A stretch of DNA of 64,000 nt, from IMG/VR virus record IMGVR_UViG_3300026094_000002. One strand, 5' to 3'. The position numbers and the translations under genes are program-made. Source of the DNA: a virus (taxonomy: Duplodnaviria; Caudoviricetes). The stretch's first letter is position 1. Every line of letters begins with the position of its first letter. Shown piece after piece: positions 36,784 through 45,686 of the stretch. The notes beneath the pieces were generated by a model that saw only the letters and a list, made by a program, of their open reading frames with translations, had not been told where the DNA came from and did no database searches.

Positions 36784-38624
36784 GACACCCCATCCGCATT
36801 CTTTTGGAAGTTAGCAGCAGAAAATCTCATTCGGTCAACATACTTCAAACCATCATTAACATACCCCTCATGTCCGGGCTTGCCATTGATAGTGGCTTTT
36901 ACTTCGTTTGCTTGACTGTCCAACTGTCTAACAACATCATTTTTAAGTTTGCTTATTTCTGCAAATGACCGCATTGCTGATACCAGTCCATATCGGTTTT
37001 CTTTTAACCAATCAAAAATGCGAGAAACTTTGCCAGTGCTCTCTTTTTCTCTGATCCAATCTGGAAATTCAGCAATAAGATTTTCTAAACTTCCTTCACG
37101 GACACGAGAGTTGATATACTGTTTCATTAGTGCCGGAAGGTTAGTAATCTTACGGTTACGCAATTCTTGTGGGTTAAACAAACGATCAATTTGCTCACTA
37201 CGCTCACTAAGAATTTTCTCAACATTTGAAAGTATTTTGCTATCTAATGCAATCTGCCGTGGCTCTTTGATAGTTGGATCTAAGATAAGAACGCCTTTAG
37301 AGGGCTGCAAAACATCAGAGGTGATTGGCGAGGAACCACCACCCGGGTATGGCATATATGTATGGATGGCAATACCAACTTGACTATTGGCAACTTTTTT
37401 TCCTAAGTCACCATCTGTTGGTATTCTGTATGTCACTGTATTAGGAGTAAACTCAAATGCACCGTCTACTACTGCAGGTCGGGCAGAGTACAATAAATCT
37501 CCTTTAACATACCCTTCAAAGTCTTTTGGAATAGTCCGCTCCAATAGTGGAAACAGATTAGCGTAAAGGCGTATAAGATCTGCTCTATCGCCTTTTCTGT
37601 TGTCCATAATTCTTTTTATATCTTCAGGACTAGTTGCAAGACCGTCATAACTTTTAGAGTTAAACGCACTCTTATCAGTTAGAATAAACTGACCGTCTGG
37701 CTTTCTACCAAAAATAATTGCTGGCATTCCATCCCACTTTACAGTGGTATTTTGTGGGTCTTCTACTACAGACTTTAGCCCATCAAGGGCTCGTTTTAAT
37801 CCGGCAGAGCCATGATCAAACACCAAGTCTTCTGGGTGGTCAATGCGAGCATTTTCAACTATAACTTGCATTCCATGATTGACAATTCTATCACGCAGTC
37901 TGGCTAAAAAACTTGTATTGCTTTCGTCCACCGAATCAGAAGGGAATTCAAATGTAATACCATTTTTGTCAGCATATTCTTTGAATGCTTCCATCTTATT
38001 TTCCTGCTCTGGATCATCTTTAAGATGTGCAAGAATTTTTTCTACACTTCCTAAATCATCGGCAGTGGCATTAGAGTTTATGATAATTTTTGCAATCTGA
38101 TCTGGATCATTGGAAACCAGTTTGCCTGTATCTCTGTCAGTAATACCTTGATGTGGAGTTAATTTATATCCCAGTGCTTTTGCAATACTGTTGATGAGAA
38201 TATTTCGGGTGGCACCACGATAAACAGTATCTGCATCCTGTCTGAATAAGAATTTGGCAAAGTCGGGCTGCTCAAAAAACATAAAATCAACTTGAACAAA
38301 TCCATACTTGGGATTGCCCATAATTGGTGCCCGAAAGTGTACAGAATCACCAGTCTTTTTAACCCAATGATCTGGATTCTCTCCTTGCTCAATTACTGCA
38401 CGAGAAAGAATATCAGCAAGTTGTTGCTTTTCTATTTTAGTGGAATCAACTGCCAAGTCTATGTCGCCTGATTTAGGCTTTTGTCCGGTGCTACCAAGTT
38501 GATAATCAGTTAGCGGCAGGCCAGTTAACCCCTCTAACCACTTTACCGTGGGTTGTACTTGATCTTGGTCAATTGGCTGAGTTAGTGGCTTACCACCGGG
38601 CATTTTAAAAACATTACCGCCCAT
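36780..38624 (-). CDS. Pol-beta-like nucleotidyltransferase fused to an ATP-dependent RNA-ligase-like (DUF6267-like) domain
   Basis: N-terminal LGSTG..SGDID and VQVD; C-terminal KWDG, GDLLY, EGYV and KYVDR. GAGG RBS at MGGNVF. Confidence 0.7.
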   Translation of the reverse strand: MGGNVFKMPGGKPLTQPIDQDQVQPTVKWLEGLTGLPLTDYQLGSTGQKPKSGDIDLAVDSTKIEKQQLADILSRAVIEQGENPDHWVKKTGDSVHFRAPIMGNPKYGFVQVDFMFFEQPDFAKFLFRQDADTVYRGATRNILINSIAKALGYKLTPHQGITDRDTGKLVSNDPDQIAKIIINSNATADDLGSVEKILAHLKDDPEQENKMEAFKEYADKNGITFEFPSDSVDESNTSFLARLRDRIVNHGMQVIVENARIDHPEDLVFDHGSAGLKRALDGLKSVVEDPQNTTVKWDGMPAIIFGRKPDGQFILTDKSAFNSKSYDGLATSPEDIKRIMDNRKGDRADLIRLYANLFPLLERTIPKDFEGYVKGDLLYSARPAVVDGAFEFTPNTVTYRIPTDGDLGKKVANSQVGIAIHTYMPYPGGGSSPITSDVLQPSKGVLILDPTIKEPRQIALDSKILSNVEKILSERSEQIDRLFNPQELRNRKITNLPALMKQYINSRVREGSLENLIAEFPDWIREKESTGKVSRIFDWLKENRYGLVSAMRSFAEISKLKNDVVRQLDSQANEVKATINGKPGHEGYVNDGLKYVDRMRFSAANFQKNADGVS

Positions 38625-38889
38625 CGTCTGTTCCTCGTGGGGTGGCCTTTCGTAACATTCGTGCAAACTTATTAGCGTCACGGTTACGAATGGCGTTTAA
38701 AAATTTTCGTGTTAGGTTTTCGGCTTCTTCTTCTGTGTAAGATTCTTCAATTTGTTCAATCAAACGCACAGCACTTGCTATCACATTTCTGGCACGACTT
38801 TCAATGATATAATTTTGATCACGACCAGAGTGCTTTTCTTGATAGATAGACTCTAACTCGTCCAGAATGCTGCGAGTGTGTTTTTGCAT
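38614..38889 (-). CDS. Hypothetical late protein
   Basis: TAAATA at 38909-38914; helical. Confidence 0.65.
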   Translation of the reverse strand: MQKHTRSILDELESIYQEKHSGRDQNYIIESRARNVIASAVRLIEQIEESYTEEEAENLTRKFLNAIRNRDANKFARMLRKATPRGTDDGR

Positions 38890-38911
38890 ACTTAGGAATC
38901 CTTTTAGATAT

Positions 38912-40027
38912 TTATTTCAATTCAAATTGTAACAAACTGTACATTTTATCTAAATCAACAATAGCCATTGACTCTGGTTGTTCAACGAGTAATATTTCTT
39001 TGATATCATGGTAGTTGTCAATAAAAAACTGTTTTTCTTTTACGCTGTTTAAGTTAAGAAAAGCAGTTTCAAAAAGTGTTCGGGGTTGTCTTGCCCACTC
39101 TAAATTTTTAATAATTCTTTGCTGAACGGTTTTATCTTTAATGATGGTTTTTGCATCACTAAACACGGTTTTATTTAATTCCATCATTTGCCATGATCTG
39201 GTAGATGCATTCTCAATATGCTGATATGAAGTATCGATTATATCATCAAATACATCAAATCCCATACTCTTTAAAAAATTACAAGAATTATATCCACTTA
39301 CTATAGGTATTGTCAAACCATATAAAGCATTTAGATATTTTTCAGTGATATTACAATCATTTTCCCAAAACACAGGCTCTAAGACAATAGAAAACACACT
39401 TTGATAAAATACGTCTGATACATTTTGCTGAAAATTTGTTGCATTACCACCAGCATATTCAGATCCGATCCATTTTTTAGGCATTGTTTCAATCGTTATA
39501 TTTGAACTATTTTTATAATCTGTAATACCTCCAATCTGTAATAATTCATATAATTGGTGAGTCACATCCGCCTGATTCCATGATTGTGTATACAAAAAAT
39601 CATAATGTTGTTTGTTGTTATTAAGCCAACAACTTGTCAAGAGTCTATCAGGTCGAATCTTGTTCATTACAATATTAAAAGCACATGTTTTTTTTTCAAA
39701 AATGTTTGAAGTATTGGCAATTTTCATTTGATAAGAATACAAATTGCATTCTCTTATAACAAAAAAACTACAAAACAGACTAGAAAAAGTGCTAGAGAAT
39801 TGATTTCCGGTCGTGTCAATTATTATATTGTTTTCATAATCAATATTAAACTTTTTAAATAATTCTAGCAGTGTGTTCTTGCCAACTAATGCATCTCTTT
39901 TTTCTTCTAGTGTTACTTCTGAGTCTTCTACTATATTTTCAGCAGTAGGAACATGATCAGTATTAATGTAAAAATCAACATCATATAATTTTTCAGTATC
40001 AGGGGCTATTACTTGGTAACTTTTCAT
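38912..40027 (-). CDS. GT10-like putative glycosyltransferase, paralog 2
   Basis: IVLEPVFWENDCNITEK...GFDVFDDIID. AT-rich. Confidence 0.55.
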   Translation of the reverse strand: MKSYQVIAPDTEKLYDVDFYINTDHVPTAENIVEDSEVTLEEKRDALVGKNTLLELFKKFNIDYENNIIIDTTGNQFSSTFSSLFCSFFVIRECNLYSYQMKIANTSNIFEKKTCAFNIVMNKIRPDRLLTSCWLNNNKQHYDFLYTQSWNQADVTHQLYELLQIGGITDYKNSSNITIETMPKKWIGSEYAGGNATNFQQNVSDVFYQSVFSIVLEPVFWENDCNITEKYLNALYGLTIPIVSGYNSCNFLKSMGFDVFDDIIDTSYQHIENASTRSWQMMELNKTVFSDAKTIIKDKTVQQRIIKNLEWARQPRTLFETAFLNLNSVKEKQFFIDNYHDIKEILLVEQPESMAIVDLDKMYSLLQFELK

Positions 40028-40028
40028 A

Positions 40029-41429
40029 CTATTGACTTTTTATTTGATTAAGCATTTGCTTTAATTTTGTACTTTGCACATCAGCGTCAATTTTTCCCGA
40101 CTCGGATGATTCAGAATCTATTACTCCTGTAGAATTTCCAGTACTATCTCTGTCTCTAAGAGAGTTTAAAATACTGGGCTGTGATGATGATGATTCTGCT
40201 TCACTTAAGTCACTAATTCTTAGGCATTCCATATCAAATTCTAAATCGACTTTTTGACCAACACCGGAACTTGAGCGTGTTTTCATTAACTGTATTTGGT
40301 ACCGACCACGCTCACGCATAGAACGACTAGTGAAAATACCAAATACATTATCTGCAGTGTTTATTTTAGAAATACCACCTGAAATATGTGAATGATCAAA
40401 TTCTATCTCATCGACACTTGAGCGATTTAATTGTGAAGCTGTCACAAAAAGAACCCCCAATTCTTTTGCAAGATTCCGCAGTTCTTCTGAAACATACTTG
40501 TCTTTAACAAATAAATCATTAGGAGAAACTTTCGCACTTACTGGCATTAGTAGGTCAAGATAATCAACACAAATAAAGTCAATTTGCCTACCAGTCTTTA
40601 TTGATAGTTCTTTTACATATGCACGGATGTCATTAACTGTGCTCTGTGCATTCATATACTTTATTTGCAATGTGCCAGACTTCTTAGACATCATCTTGAC
40701 TTTCATTTCTACAGTGTCAAGGTCTTTAAAAATCTCTTTAGAACCAGTATTAGTCAACATACCATCAAGACGCATAGCAGTCAACCCTTCGGAAAGTTCT
40801 AGGGTTATATAAACGCCATTTAATCCGGCTTCTATCCAATTGACAGATAGGTTTTGCATAAACAAACTTTTGCCTGAGCCAGAACCACCAGCAAAAATCT
40901 GTAATTCACCACGATTAAAGCCGCCATATAACACTTTGTCTAACGCTGACCACCCAGTCGAGTTTTGCCCATTATTTTCTTTAAGGGCAGTCAACCTTGC
41001 ACGTGGATCGTCAAAATAATCTAGACCCATATCTTTGGTTAAACTTATTTGAACCGCATCTTTTATAAGTTTCTCTACAGGATCATAATCACCTTTCTCT
41101 AACAAGTCAGCAGACTTTAGTATCGCTCGCTCTAATTCTTGACGACGTGTAAATGCTTCAAATTCTTCTAATAGCCAATCAAAATGTCCATCATTAAGCC
41201 CGTCAATTGGCTGCAATTTGATACCAGTGGTTGCAGAAATCTGCTCACGCTCTGGCATTGTGTAGTATTTGTCACAATGCTCTTGTATAAATTCGGCAAC
41301 TGGTCGCAATTGCTGGTCAAAATTTAGTGGATTGAATATATTCTGAATACGCACATAAAGTTCTGCATCATAAAGAAGCATTTCTAGAAATAATTGTTGA
41401 ACTTCTGGTCCATATTCTTTAAGTGGCAA
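40029..41429 (-). CDS. Replicative DNA helicase (T4 gp41/DnaB-like)
   Basis: GGSGSGKS, YITLELSE, VDYLD, TASQLNR and KTRSS. Confidence 0.92.
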   Translation of the reverse strand: MPLKEYGPEVQQLFLEMLLYDAELYVRIQNIFNPLNFDQQLRPVAEFIQEHCDKYYTMPEREQISATTGIKLQPIDGLNDGHFDWLLEEFEAFTRRQELERAILKSADLLEKGDYDPVEKLIKDAVQISLTKDMGLDYFDDPRARLTALKENNGQNSTGWSALDKVLYGGFNRGELQIFAGGSGSGKSLFMQNLSVNWIEAGLNGVYITLELSEGLTAMRLDGMLTNTGSKEIFKDLDTVEMKVKMMSKKSGTLQIKYMNAQSTVNDIRAYVKELSIKTGRQIDFICVDYLDLLMPVSAKVSPNDLFVKDKYVSEELRNLAKELGVLFVTASQLNRSSVDEIEFDHSHISGGISKINTADNVFGIFTSRSMRERGRYQIQLMKTRSSSGVGQKVDLEFDMECLRISDLSEAESSSSQPSILNSLRDRDSTGNSTGVIDSESSESGKIDADVQSTKLKQMLNQIKSQ

Positions 41430-42411
41430 TGGATACCTCTAATTTTCGCTTGAGTTTCTTCTTATTCATCTCTATTTTGATCCGACTATGTTCTGCATTT
41501 TGTATAATAGTTATTATTGTTGATAGACGCCCTATTTTTCTGAAAGCATCATTTATATCTTTACACCCGTCTGGCCATTCAAGTGGAATGCTTACCGACC
41601 ATCCCAGTTCTAATGCTCGGTCTATCATACTCATTCCTGCTTTATCGTGGTCAGGAACTACAATGACCTCACGCCGAAGCCGATTGATCAACTCTGCTTG
41701 TTGTGGTGAAACCGTGCTATGCATTACCGACAGGCCATCAATGGAAAGTGCATCAAAAATGCCTTCGGTAACAATGGCATATTTCCAATTTTCTTGTTGT
41801 AAGTCTATACCAAACACATATCCGGGTTGGCTGTTTGAAAGATACTTTGGTTTACGATTGTCAAGAAATCTAATTGAATATCCCACTGTTTTTTCATCGT
41901 GGGTAAATGGTACTAGTATTCCTTCACGACCATATTCATTAGAATCAATTGCCATCAGCGGATATGAGTCGTCGATACATCTGCTATTCAGATACTCTTT
42001 GTGATTTAAATGTTTGGCGTTGATCAGTTCAATGTTTTCAGGCAATTCTTTAGATTCAAAGTTAATCTGTTTTTTCTTTGGCTGATTATAATTTATTGTA
42101 GCCACAATATCATTCATAGAACGATATTTCAAACTTTCTAAATTGATTCTATCAATCTCTGTAGCATCAACGCCCAACCACTGAAGAAAACTTCTTGCTT
42201 TAAAGTTTAGGTTACGGCCATTTTTAAAGCCACACTTAAATCCACAATTAAAACAGTTATAGGTCCAACCTTCCTCTGTGGTGATTAATCCACCACGATT
42301 TTTAGTATCAGGGGTTTCGCCATTGTGAATACAGCACGGTCCCGAAAAACTAATCCACCCAGATGGAGTGGTTTTGGCATTGGCTGGAAGATATTGTCTA
42401 ACATCCATCAT
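41419..42411 (-). CDS. DNA primase (T4 gp61-like)
   Basis: CCIH...YNCFNCG zinc site, TEGIFDA and VPDHDKAG...KDIND TOPRIM motifs. Confidence 0.88.
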   Translation of the reverse strand: MMDVRQYLPANAKTTPSGWISFSGPCCIHNGETPDTKNRGGLITTEEGWTYNCFNCGFKCGFKNGRNLNFKARSFLQWLGVDATEIDRINLESLKYRSMNDIVATINYNQPKKKQINFESKELPENIELINAKHLNHKEYLNSRCIDDSYPLMAIDSNEYGREGILVPFTHDEKTVGYSIRFLDNRKPKYLSNSQPGYVFGIDLQQENWKYAIVTEGIFDALSIDGLSVMHSTVSPQQAELINRLRREVIVVPDHDKAGMSMIDRALELGWSVSIPLEWPDGCKDINDAFRKIGRLSTIITIIQNAEHSRIKIEMNKKKLKRKLEVSIAT

Positions 42412-42418
42412 TAGTTAG

Positions 42419-42448
42419 ATTATATCACTTTTCGATGCTTGAAATCAA
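42419..42448 (-). promoter_or_regulatory. Sigma70-like promoter TTGATT-18-TATAAT, 7 nt before the primase ATG
   Basis: -35 at 42443-42448, -10 at 42419-42424. Confidence 0.6.
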
Positions 42449-43150
42449 CCGATTTTTAATCATTTCATGGCCGATTTCATTGGGATGCCCACCAGATTTA
42501 ATTATTTGTTCTTTTTGATTGCCGGGGTGATCTCTAAACCAAGTCACTGTATCTTCATTATCCCAAATTATAGTGTTGAGGTTTAGTTTTATTTCTGCTG
42601 GCATTATATTAAATTGATACATTTGCAGATTGTGACTATTGGCAACGCCATCAAAAAATAATGCACTCTGCATATAATTCAAGCGTCGCAGTTTTGAACT
42701 ATCAGTCAACACTGTGTACATTTTTGCCATTTCACGCATTTCTTCTGATATACCCATGAATCCATATTCTACCCATGAACTATGGACAAATCTGTTCCAC
42801 GGTGGATCATCGCTGCAAACAACATGCTCTGGATTATAAAAACTTGCACGATCTGAATCAGTATGTCCGACAAGAATTAAGCACTCGGATAAATCAAAAT
42901 CTTTTTCATTCTCATACCACCAAAGAAATGTCCACAAACAACTCTGTAGACTGCCTCCGGGTATGCCAAAATTTTCTACAGGAATATCATAATATTCACC
43001 AAGTAAACCAAGGAAACAATTTTTTTCGCGATATGATTTATTTTCAGTATCGGTAGAATGTGCGTTTTTGTTTTTTTGTGCATACTGTGGATCTAGTAAT
43101 TCGTCACCATATATCCACGAATCACCAAATCCTACTATTTTCTTAAACAT
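42425..43150 (-). CDS. SGNH/GDSL-like hydrolase
   Basis: GFGDSW, NFGIPGGS and GHPNEIGH. Confidence 0.7.
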   Translation of the reverse strand: MFKKIVGFGDSWIYGDELLDPQYAQKNKNAHSTDTENKSYREKNCFLGLLGEYYDIPVENFGIPGGSLQSCLWTFLWWYENEKDFDLSECLILVGHTDSDRASFYNPEHVVCSDDPPWNRFVHSSWVEYGFMGISEEMREMAKMYTVLTDSSKLRRLNYMQSALFFDGVANSHNLQMYQFNIMPAEIKLNLNTIIWDNEDTVTWFRDHPGNQKEQIIKSGGHPNEIGHEMIKNRLISSIEK

Positions 43151-43996
43151 CTATCTATATAGGATATTTTCAATAGAACCATCAGAAACTTTGCCATAAA
43201 TTCTCAACCACGGATAATATCCAGTAATATTGATAGCGAATGTTTCACTGCTGTCTTCAAATTCTAATTCTGACACCTTTGTATTATTATTGTCGTCAGC
43301 AAGTGAAAAGTCAACTTCAAACCATGGATATTCTGTCTTTCCAAACCATATATCATCGTTATCCATAGCACCTTGTATTTCTATTATACCGGTAAAATCT
43401 TTTAAAGTTATCTGAAAAGTTGATTGATCTACGTCTCTGCCACGAGTCCAACTGCTGTATTGTGTCATTGGGTCTGCTGGTGGAGAATTTGATGCACGAT
43501 CACTACCAATATATTCTGATTGTGAGGGCATTGTGATTTCTGCAGTGTGAACATAATCAGGAAAAACAGCATCACGTATTTCAAGTTCACCACGAGAGCC
43601 AGCCTGTTCGTCCATATATACGGGCTCTGTAAGTATTCCTGAGTGTCGTGTAACTGACCAGTTAGCATCTTGAGGCTCAACATTGTCTAAATCTGCGGCG
43701 GTGACAGTGACTCTTGCACGACCTGATTTCGCGTTTAGTACAACAACTTCTTTTTCAAGAAGCAACTCTTTGCCATCTCTGCTGATGGCTCTAAAAACTA
43801 AATTACTGCCTGTTAAATCAAAAGAACGTTGTTCTTGATTTTGGAATTCAAAAAGTAAATTATTATCAACTCCACGACTTACGCGAAATGGTTTTGCATA
43901 CACTATTGTTGACCTCTTTGTATCAAAGTCTGTATCGACCTCACTGATTATTATGCGAGTATTTTGTTGGTATAAATATGCCTGAGTCGAGTACAT
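43151..43996 (-). CDS. Probable virion/baseplate-associated protein (BppU-like N-terminus)
   Basis: RGVDNNLLFEFQNQEQRSFDLTG and GRARVT; TAAATA at 44013-44018. Confidence 0.5.
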   Translation of the reverse strand: MYSTQAYLYQQNTRIIISEVDTDFDTKRSTIVYAKPFRVSRGVDNNLLFEFQNQEQRSFDLTGSNLVFRAISRDGKELLLEKEVVVLNAKSGRARVTVTAADLDNVEPQDANWSVTRHSGILTEPVYMDEQAGSRGELEIRDAVFPDYVHTAEITMPSQSEYIGSDRASNSPPADPMTQYSSWTRGRDVDQSTFQITLKDFTGIIEIQGAMDNDDIWFGKTEYPWFEVDFSLADDNNNTKVSELEFEDSSETFAINITGYYPWLRIYGKVSDGSIENILYR

Positions 43997-44017
43997 TCTT
44001 GATCACCTAAAGTATTT

Positions 44018-44395
44018 ATGAGCATTGAGTTATTTGAAAAACTAGCTGAAAAGTATCCTTTTATATCAGTCTGTCGTTATGCAGGACAGGAATACCTTGG
44101 AATAATCCAAAACAGAGATTCAACAATCACTACCATCTATGATTTTGGTGATATTGTAAATCCTGATTTAAAAATTGAGTTTTTGGAATTAGGAAGCACG
44201 TGGTGGTGGGAGTCAAATAGAATGATTCCTATTAACATATTTTTAAAGGGAGATTGGGACAAATTTAGACCATACCTTAAGACCTTTAATAATAGAGATC
44301 TTGAAATATTACATGGACCTGAGTGCTGTCTTTCTGAGATTGCTGCCAGAAAAGGCAAGAGACGATCAATTACCCTTGTCAGAAAAATAGATTAA
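44018..44395 (+). CDS. Hypothetical protein (125 aa)
   Basis: TATAAATA at 43971-43978 upstream; WWWESNRMIPINIF. Confidence 0.7.
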   Translation: MSIELFEKLAEKYPFISVCRYAGQEYLGIIQNRDSTITTIYDFGDIVNPDLKIEFLELGSTWWWESNRMIPINIFLKGDWDKFRPYLKTFNNRDLEILHGPECCLSEIAARKGKRRSITLVRKID

Positions 44396-44944
44396 TCGCA
44401 TATGTAAAGAAACAAGATGGGCATAAGCAACAGCATGGCTCTTTTTAAATGTATACCCATCATCAGTGGCTTCCCATACAGTTTCTGCTACTTCTTTCCA
44501 TGGTTTTCCAATTAAGTGATTTTTTCCGGGGCGTATAATAGCCAAAAACATAGACAATCGCTCTATAGAGTCAATTGGTTCTGGCATCTTTTGCATATTA
44601 TAATAATGGTTACCCAGATGAACAATCTGTTCAACAAACTCACTGTTGTTTAATTTGTCCCAAGGAATTGATTGATTCAAAACCCAATTATAGTGTTCTG
44701 TGTTTTTTATAAGTGAATATACATATACATTGAGAAAGTCAATCTTAAAGTACCCTCTTTCCTCTGCTACCCGGTAATCAATAGCCGCACAATCATTCAT
44801 TGGATCATAGGGGATGTCTGTTACATATACACCAGAATTATGTTTTTGTATTTCACCATTGTTTTCTTGTCTTGCAGGAATATGATCAAGCAAATCAAGT
44901 ATCTTTTTTCTGTCTGCAAAGTCTATATCAACATCTGCTGTCAT
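44366..44944 (-). CDS. Miniature family C (DnaE-like) polymerase catalytic fragment
   Basis: DVDIDF, HNSGVY, GYFKIDFL, LAIIRPG and FKKSHAVAYA in only 192 aa. Confidence 0.8.
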   Translation of the reverse strand: MTADVDIDFADRKKILDLLDHIPARQENNGEIQKHNSGVYVTDIPYDPMNDCAAIDYRVAEERGYFKIDFLNVYVYSLIKNTEHYNWVLNQSIPWDKLNNSEFVEQIVHLGNHYYNMQKMPEPIDSIERLSMFLAIIRPGKNHLIGKPWKEVAETVWEATDDGYTFKKSHAVAYAHLVSLHMRLIYFSDKGN

Positions 44945-44950
44945 ACTTTA

Positions 44951-45628
44951 CTACCACCCAGCCTGTTTTAAGATTTCTTGTATATATGTCTGATCCGATA
45001 GATACTTTGAAAACCTTGGTTGCCAGTACTCTGGATCAATCCAAGGCCACACAATTGATACCTGTTCTGGGTTTAAATTATTTAAAAACTCTTGTCCGCT
45101 TTCACTATTATAGACCACCCAAGGACTTATTCTGCCAGTAGATACCGCATAACACATTCTATTAGTGTTTCCATATCGTAGAATATCATGTGGTGGGCAG
45201 CCGGTTTCTTCTCCCCATTCAATACTGTACTCAATAGCTCTTTCAAGTGCATCCCGTGGGGCCTCTGTACGAAGATAATTATGAAGATATTCAGAATAAA
45301 TTTTATCTCTGCACCAATGGTCTATTTTTTTATTGTTGTCTATAACCCAATCAATAAACCGGGGTGGATTTATTGCTCGGATTCGCATCATGTAATAACC
45401 AAATTTTACAAAAGCACGATAATACTGACTACGAGCAAAGTCATCAAATGTTTTTAGTTTAGCCGATCCTTGTGTCTTTTCATAAAAACGCAAATAAGCA
45501 TTCATTCCCAACTGAACGCCTTTATGATCACGATCTTGATATCTACGCTTTAATTCGCACATATGAACCGCCAGCGTGGATTCCTTTACAAAACTTTTAC
45601 CGCAATATTTGCATATATTTTTAGACAT
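44951..45628 (-). CDS. Zinc-finger hypothetical protein
   Basis: N-terminal CKYCGKSF...HMC. Confidence 0.65.
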   Translation of the reverse strand: MSKNICKYCGKSFVKESTLAVHMCELKRRYQDRDHKGVQLGMNAYLRFYEKTQGSAKLKTFDDFARSQYYRAFVKFGYYMMRIRAINPPRFIDWVIDNNKKIDHWCRDKIYSEYLHNYLRTEAPRDALERAIEYSIEWGEETGCPPHDILRYGNTNRMCYAVSTGRISPWVVYNSESGQEFLNNLNPEQVSIVWPWIDPEYWQPRFSKYLSDQTYIQEILKQAGW

Positions 45629-45657
45629 TATATCTTAGACTATAAAATTAATTTATG

Positions 45658-45686
45658 ATTATATTTTAGACTTTTGCACATGTCAA
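45658..45686 (-). promoter_or_regulatory. Consensus sigma70 promoter TTGACA-17-TATAAT
   Basis: -35 at 45681-45686, -10 at 45658-45663. Confidence 0.85.

Noticed and set aside
41423-42004. 193-aa plus-strand ORF
   Set aside because: It is entirely antisense to the primase and has no expression signals.
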